DNA of 64,000 bases, from the NCBI GenBank assembly GCA_934467415.1, contig CAKSLQ010000010.1, forward strand, positions 9,101 to 73,100, written 5' to 3'. The notes below the pieces were generated by a model that was given only the letters and a program-made list of their open reading frames with translations, had not been told where the DNA came from and made no database searches. The position numbers and the translations under genes are program-made. Position 1 is the stretch's first letter. Every line of letters starts with the position of its first letter. Origin of the DNA: an uncultured Eubacteriales bacterium. Lineage in GTDB: Bacteria; Bacillota; Clostridia; Oscillospirales; CAG-272. Below are positions 59,604-64,000 of the stretch, piece after piece.

Positions 59604-62600
59604 ATGAAAAAGAGAATCGTTGCCTTTTTGCTGGCGCTCGCCATGCTGGTCGGCCTTGTGCCGCAGATGATGCTGGCGGCGCTCGCCGAGGAGCTCTCGG
59701 ACATTTACACGCTCGAAAACGACTTCATCCGCGTCTCGGTCTCGAAGAAGAACGGCGGCTTCACCGCTCGGACCGTCGAGGGCGACCGCCTGAAGAAATC
59801 GGACAACAACAAGGATCTGCTCTACCACGACGGCGAATACGATACCTCGTTTGTCACCTTCCGCGTCACCGACGCGGGCGGGAACACGGCGGACTATCTG
59901 TTCGGCGGCAAATATGCGGGCAGCAGCAAGGTCGAGGTCACGCAGGCGCAGGCGGGCGGCGAGATCCGCGCCGTCTGGTCGGTCGGCGACCTCACCTTCA
60001 CCGAGACGATTGCGCTGGCCAATGCCGTTTCAAACGAGAACGGCATGATCTCCGTCGGCCTCGCCGTCGAGAACCGCGGCGCACCGGTCAAGGTGCAGGC
60101 GCGCATCCTTTACGACACGTATCTGGACGGCCGCGACTACGGCATCTATCAGGTGTCGGACACGCAGTCAAACATTGAGACGATCACCACCGAGCGGCTG
60201 CTGGACGGCAGCACCTATGCCGTCCCGCAGAACTTCTACGCGGTGGACGATCCCGCAAACATCGGCACCGCGGCCTACTCGGTCAATCCCGTCCTGCCGT
60301 ATGCGGTCGCATTCGGCCACTGGAACCGCCTGGCCGGGACGCTCTACGACTTCACGCCGCTGCCGACGCTGGACTTCACCGATACGCGCAACGAATACCG
60401 CACGGCCGACAGCGCGTATGCGCTCTATTTCGACCTCGGCACGGTCGCGGGCGGCGCGGACACGTCGCTCGTCACCTACTACGGCGTGTATGCACATGCC
60501 GATGTCGCGGCGTCGGACAGCGTGGCGGTGGATCTCACCGCGCCGATGCGCCTTTCGCTGAATGCCGGAAAGACCGACTTCGTCCGGCAAAGCGACCGCG
60601 GCATCGCGGACTTCATGATTACGGCAAACTTCACGAACATCGACGTGCCGGGCGCGGTCGATCTTGCGAACATCGTTCTCGCCGTGCGCACCACGGCCAA
60701 TCTGCGGCCGCTGAACGACAACGGCGAGGCGACGGCGGGCTTCGACTTTGACACGGTTGAGCCGATGACCACGCCGTACAGCGACGTCAAGGTGGGCGCC
60801 ACCGTGACAAAGCCGCTCTATTTCGAGGCGAAATGCACGGACGAGGCGGCCTATGAGCGCGTCACCGTCGGTATCTATGACACGTCGAAGACGAACGGCG
60901 AGGTCTCCGAGACCTACAAGCTCGGCGAGGCGGTAGCCTATATCCTGCTGCCCGGCAGTGACGGCGGCGTGCCGAAGGTCAGCTTTGCCTCGATGACGCC
61001 GAAGACGGTCTATAAAGCGGGCACGCGGCACTTGTTTGTCACCGTCACCAACCCCGCGATGCTGGATAACCGCGCCAACTGGGATCTCTGCATCTACAGC
61101 GGGGACGGCAGCCGCCGCATCGTGCTGCCGCACGAGAATCTGACCGTCAAGGACGGCGTGCTTGACGTCGCCGTCACCGAGGATATCGCCCTTGCGACGG
61201 GCGGCTATCACCTGGCGCTCGAATGGACGGACGCGGCGGTCTCCGCGGGCGTCGTCCCGGCGGCGCAGCAGAAGCAGACCGCCCCCGCGCTGGAGTTTGC
61301 GGTCTCGGATGACATCAAATACAAGAACGATGCCTACGGCGTGCTGGCCGTGGTCGAGACCGTGGAAAACGCACGGGATCACTACACGATCCACACCTTT
61401 GCGGACGAGGAAGCCTTTGAAAAGTTCAAGGCGGACACGACGCAGTACAAGGAGATTCTGCTCACCTTCCGCGGCGAGTTCAGCAAGACGAAGACGACGA
61501 CGGACGGCACGGGAAGGAAGCGCGGCAGTTACTATACTGCGGTCTCCAAGAAGACGCTCGATCCCGACACGCGCACCTACAAGGTCGATAACCGCATCAC
61601 GATCAACGACTGCATGGACTTTGAGGGCGGCACGATGGCGGTCTACTACGAGAACGTCACGGAATACGATTCGCCGATCTGCGTGGAGTTTGACGGCGAG
61701 CTGTATACCGCGGTCGCCCGCACCTCGATCTGGAAGGGCAAGGCCATCTTCACGAAGATCGAGCAGGGCACGTCCTATTCGCTCATCCCCTATGACGAGA
61801 ACGGCGGCCGCGATGAAAACTTCGTCGACACGCCGATCAGCCTCGTCTGGCCCTCGGCCGCGTCGGTCGGGCAGACGCTGGCGGGTATGCTGTTCAAGAT
61901 GGCCTACGGCCAGCTCGGCACGATGACGGTCGAGGTCACCGAGAGCTATGAGGAGGACGGCGAGGTCAAAACGCGCAAGGTCAGGAAGCAGTGCGGCGTG
62001 GTTTCCTTTGCCGCGCAGCTCGATCTCGGCTTTACGGGCGCGGCGGGCGAGGAGGGGGCGTCCGGCACCAAGAAGGACACCTACTGGGATAAGCTCAAGG
62101 AGCTGTGGACCTTCTATCACGAGGGAGACAGCCTCTACCGCTACGCCTATGACCGCGGCCGCATCGAGCGGATGCTCGACTGGTCGAACATCGACGAGCA
62201 CTCCGAGCAGGAAAGCTCGGCCAAGGAGGTCAACGCCTCGGTCATGGTGCCGGATGTGCTCTTCGGGTGCGGCGTCGGCTTTGTCGGCGTACATTTCAAG
62301 GTCAAGGTGGGCCTCAAGAATTTCGTCTCCGCGCTCCCCGAGATCGAGGGCGAGATCGAGGTCAACACCATCAACGACTGGGCGTTCGGCGTGGAGGGCA
62401 AGGTTGCACTGGCAAACTTCACGCTGGAGGCGAAGATCTCCTTCAAGAGCCGCAACAACGTTCCCATTCCGGATGAGCTGTATGTGTTTGTCAGCGGCTT
62501 CAAGCCGGGCATCAACATCGACGGCCTCGGCACGGTGTGGATCACCGGCGGCGGAGGCGGCATCAAGAACCTGTACGACACCATCTTCCTGACGCAGGCG

Positions 62601-64000
62601 GTTCCGCCGCTCAAGCTGGTGATGTCGGTCGCGTTCAACGTCATTCAGCTGCTTGAGTGCGAGAAGGCGACGCTTGCCGTCGGGCTGACCGGCATCTCGA
62701 TCTCGGCGGAGAAGATGAGCTTCATCGGCGTCCCCGCGCTGCGCGTCATCGACAAGATGGGGCTTGCGCTCGAGTGGTACCCCGGCATCGACCTCAAGGC
62801 CAACATCGTGGTCAACCTGTTTGACATCATCTACGGCGGCGGCTACATCGTGCTGCAAAGCCCGGATTATAAGGACGTGTTCTTTGAGATGTTTGCCAGA
62901 GCCCAGCTCAGGGTGCCGAAATCGATCCCGCTGGTCGGCGGGATGCAGGTGGCGGGCATCGACCTCGGCATCTCGACCGAGAAGATCTGGGGCGCGCTCG
63001 AGGTGCTGTTCATCACGCTCGGCGTGACCTATTACTGGGGCGCTGGCAGCGTCGATTTCTCCAGCGGCAGCAAGGCGAGCCCCACCTTCCCCGACCTGCT
63101 CGGGTGTGAGGATGTCCCGGTCTGCTACGACGCGGAGAATGACCGCACGCTCTATGCGCGCTTCGGCACAAACACCCGCGTCATCGCCGCCACCGCCGAG
63201 GCGGACGGCCTCGTCCTGCTCGGCGCGGGCGCATCGGTGAAATCGAATATGGAGAAGACGGCGCACACGCTGAACTTCGGCCTGTACGAGGATCGCTCCG
63301 GCATCGTGCAGATCAGCTTTGATGCAGCGGATGCGGCAGAGGCGGCGGCGCTGGCCGACCGCATCACGGTCGGCAGTGCGGCGGGGGCCAATGACTTTGC
63401 GCTCGTCCGCTACAGCGGCGACATGGAGAATAACAACCTCGCCGTCGCCAACGCCAACCTCACCTATGACGCGGAAGCCAAGCGCGCGACGCTCGCCTTC
63501 ACGGTGACCGATCCCGCGCAGTTTGACAAGACCTACTATATTTCCACCCCGAATACTGCCGACCTCGTGCTCTACGACGTCACGGAGCCGCCGAAGCTCA
63601 CCACGGTCACGGGCAGCCCCGCGGGCAGCGGGCTCACGCTCCGCTTTGACGGCGAGAAGCTGTACGAGCTGGACAGCGTCAGCTTCTACCTCAGCCCGAC
63701 GGATGATCCCGCGTCGCTCGACGCCGGGTATCCGCTCGTCACGCTCACCGAGCGGCGGGCGCTGATGCAGGGCGAGGCGGCGGTGACGCTCCCGCTCGAT
63801 GTACCGACCGGCGACTACTATATCCGCGCGGTCTATTCCAAGGTGGATGCGATCAACGGCGTCGCCTTCTCGGCGGCGACGGTGCATGTCGAAAACCCGA
63901 ACCTGCCCGCGGCCGCATCGGTCGGCGCGGCGGCACCCTGCGGTGATCTCCGCTACGGTCTGACCGTGGATGAAACGGCCGACGCGAACACCAAGGGCTA
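59604..64000 (+). CDS. Second giant secreted protein (over 1465 aa, 3' end outside window), no recognisable domain
   Basis: Absent from the ORF track because it never terminates. My own translation from ATG 59604 (7 nt after GGAGG, 14 nt after the previous stop) stays open to nt 64000. Signal-like N-terminus MKKRIVAFLLALAMLVGLVPQMMLAALA. Confidence 0.75.
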   Translation, partial: MKKRIVAFLLALAMLVGLVPQMMLAALAEELSDIYTLENDFIRVSVSKKNGGFTARTVEGDRLKKSDNNKDLLYHDGEYDTSFVTFRVTDAGGNTADYLFGGKYAGSSKVEVTQAQAGGEIRAVWSVGDLTFTETIALANAVSNENGMISVGLAVENRGAPVKVQARILYDTYLDGRDYGIYQVSDTQSNIETITTERLLDGSTYAVPQNFYAVDDPANIGTAAYSVNPVLPYAVAFGHWNRLAGTLYDFTPLPTLDFTDTRNEYRTADSAYALYFDLGTVAGGADTSLVTYYGVYAHADVAASDSVAVDLTAPMRLSLNAGKTDFVRQSDRGIADFMITANFTNIDVPGAVDLANIVLAVRTTANLRPLNDNGEATAGFDFDTVEPMTTPYSDVKVGATVTKPLYFEAKCTDEAAYERVTVGIYDTSKTNGEVSETYKLGEAVAYILLPGSDGGVPKVSFASMTPKTVYKAGTRHLFVTVTNPAMLDNRANWDLCIYSGDGSRRIVLPHENLTVKDGVLDVAVTEDIALATGGYHLALEWTDAAVSAGVVPAAQQKQTAPALEFAVSDDIKYKNDAYGVLAVVETVENARDHYTIHTFADEEAFEKFKADTTQYKEILLTFRGEFSKTKTTTDGTGRKRGSYYTAVSKKTLDPDTRTYKVDNRITINDCMDFEGGTMAVYYENVTEYDSPICVEFDGELYTAVARTSIWKGKAIFTKIEQGTSYSLIPYDENGGRDENFVDTPISLVWPSAASVGQTLAGMLFKMAYGQLGTMTVEVTESYEEDGEVKTRKVRKQCGVVSFAAQLDLGFTGAAGEEGASGTKKDTYWDKLKELWTFYHEGDSLYRYAYDRGRIERMLDWSNIDEHSEQESSAKEVNASVMVPDVLFGCGVGFVGVHFKVKVGLKNFVSALPEIEGEIEVNTINDWAFGVEGKVALANFTLEAKISFKSRNNVPIPDELYVFVSGFKPGINIDGLGTVWITGGGGGIKNLYDTIFLTQAVPPLKLVMSVAFNVIQLLECEKATLAVGLTGISISAEKMSFIGVPALRVIDKMGLALEWYPGIDLKANIVVNLFDIIYGGGYIVLQSPDYKDVFFEMFARAQLRVPKSIPLVGGMQVAGIDLGISTEKIWGALEVLFITLGVTYYWGAGSVDFSSGSKASPTFPDLLGCEDVPVCYDAENDRTLYARFGTNTRVIAATAEADGLVLLGAGASVKSNMEKTAHTLNFGLYEDRSGIVQISFDAADAAEAAALADRITVGSAAGANDFALVRYSGDMENNNLAVANANLTYDAEAKRATLAFTVTDPAQFDKTYYISTPNTADLVLYDVTEPPKLTTVTGSPAGSGLTLRFDGEKLYELDSVSFYLSPTDDPASLDAGYPLVTLTERRALMQGEAAVTLPLDVPTGDYYIRAVYSKVDAINGVAFSAATVHVENPNLPAAASVGAAAPCGDLRYGLTVDETADANTKG

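Noticed and set aside
54437-63887. Minus-strand ORFs of 1280 aa (54437..58279), 467 aa (58301..59704) and 1239 aa (60168..63887) opposite the giant genes
   Set aside because: Same antisense artefact. The plus-strand frames carry the signal peptides, SD sites and repeated protein-module motifs.

Overview
64 kb of a high-GC, Gram-positive, Clostridia-like chromosome, judged from Shine-Dalgarno-led genes, lipoboxes, SLH-anchored surface proteins and a SpoIID-like domain. I call 49 protein genes. I found no rRNA, tRNA, CRISPR array, integrase, reverse transcriptase or phage genes.

Core content, in order:
- feoB (3' part) and its Cys-rich partner peptide
- an SLH-anchored BNR/sialidase-fold enzyme with an orphan solute-binding protein
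- an Ldh_2-family oxidoreductase
- tpiA-pgk
- a methyltransferase and hslO
- three tandem trigger-factor-like FKBP lipoproteins
- two SLH surface proteins
- a sugar ABC system with malQ
- gpmI, a YfcE-like phosphoesterase and an LtaS-family enzyme
- rubrerythrin and a B12-binding radical SAM enzyme
- a PqqD/S24-peptidase pair
- a VanY-like peptidase
- two CNNM/CorC-type genes
- an F-type ATP synthase operon
- a TetR gene followed by two giant secreted proteins; the second runs off the window

Leads I consider most worth a second look:
1. Nearly every intergenic region carries modular multi-hairpin repeats of at least three families. Their stems show compensatory changes. An intact HUH/tyrosine (RAYT/IS200-like) transposase gene lies among them. 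Two insertions are each bracketed by perfect 29-32 bp duplications of a whole terminator hairpin.
2. A 4.1-kb AT-rich island sits at 25741-29875. It encodes an ECF sigma factor, a DUF4367 protein and three secreted proteins, and is flanked by about 90-bp direct repeats that carry an outward-facing promoter.
3. The ATP synthase operon has no delta/OSCP gene, and its c subunit carries a signal-peptide-like N-terminal extension.
4. Three tandem trigger-factor-like lipoproteins are candidate extracytoplasmic foldases.
5. An orphan PqqD-like plus S24-like pair converges on a class-B radical SAM gene that lies between perfect 69-bp repeats.
6. A TetR-headed pair of giant surface proteins; the first is 2541 aa, with about 10 HYR/Ig-like modules.

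All functional calls rest on motifs I recognise by eye. No database search, GC calculation or RNA fold was run. Many long ORFs in the track are antisense artefacts of the high GC content and were rejected.
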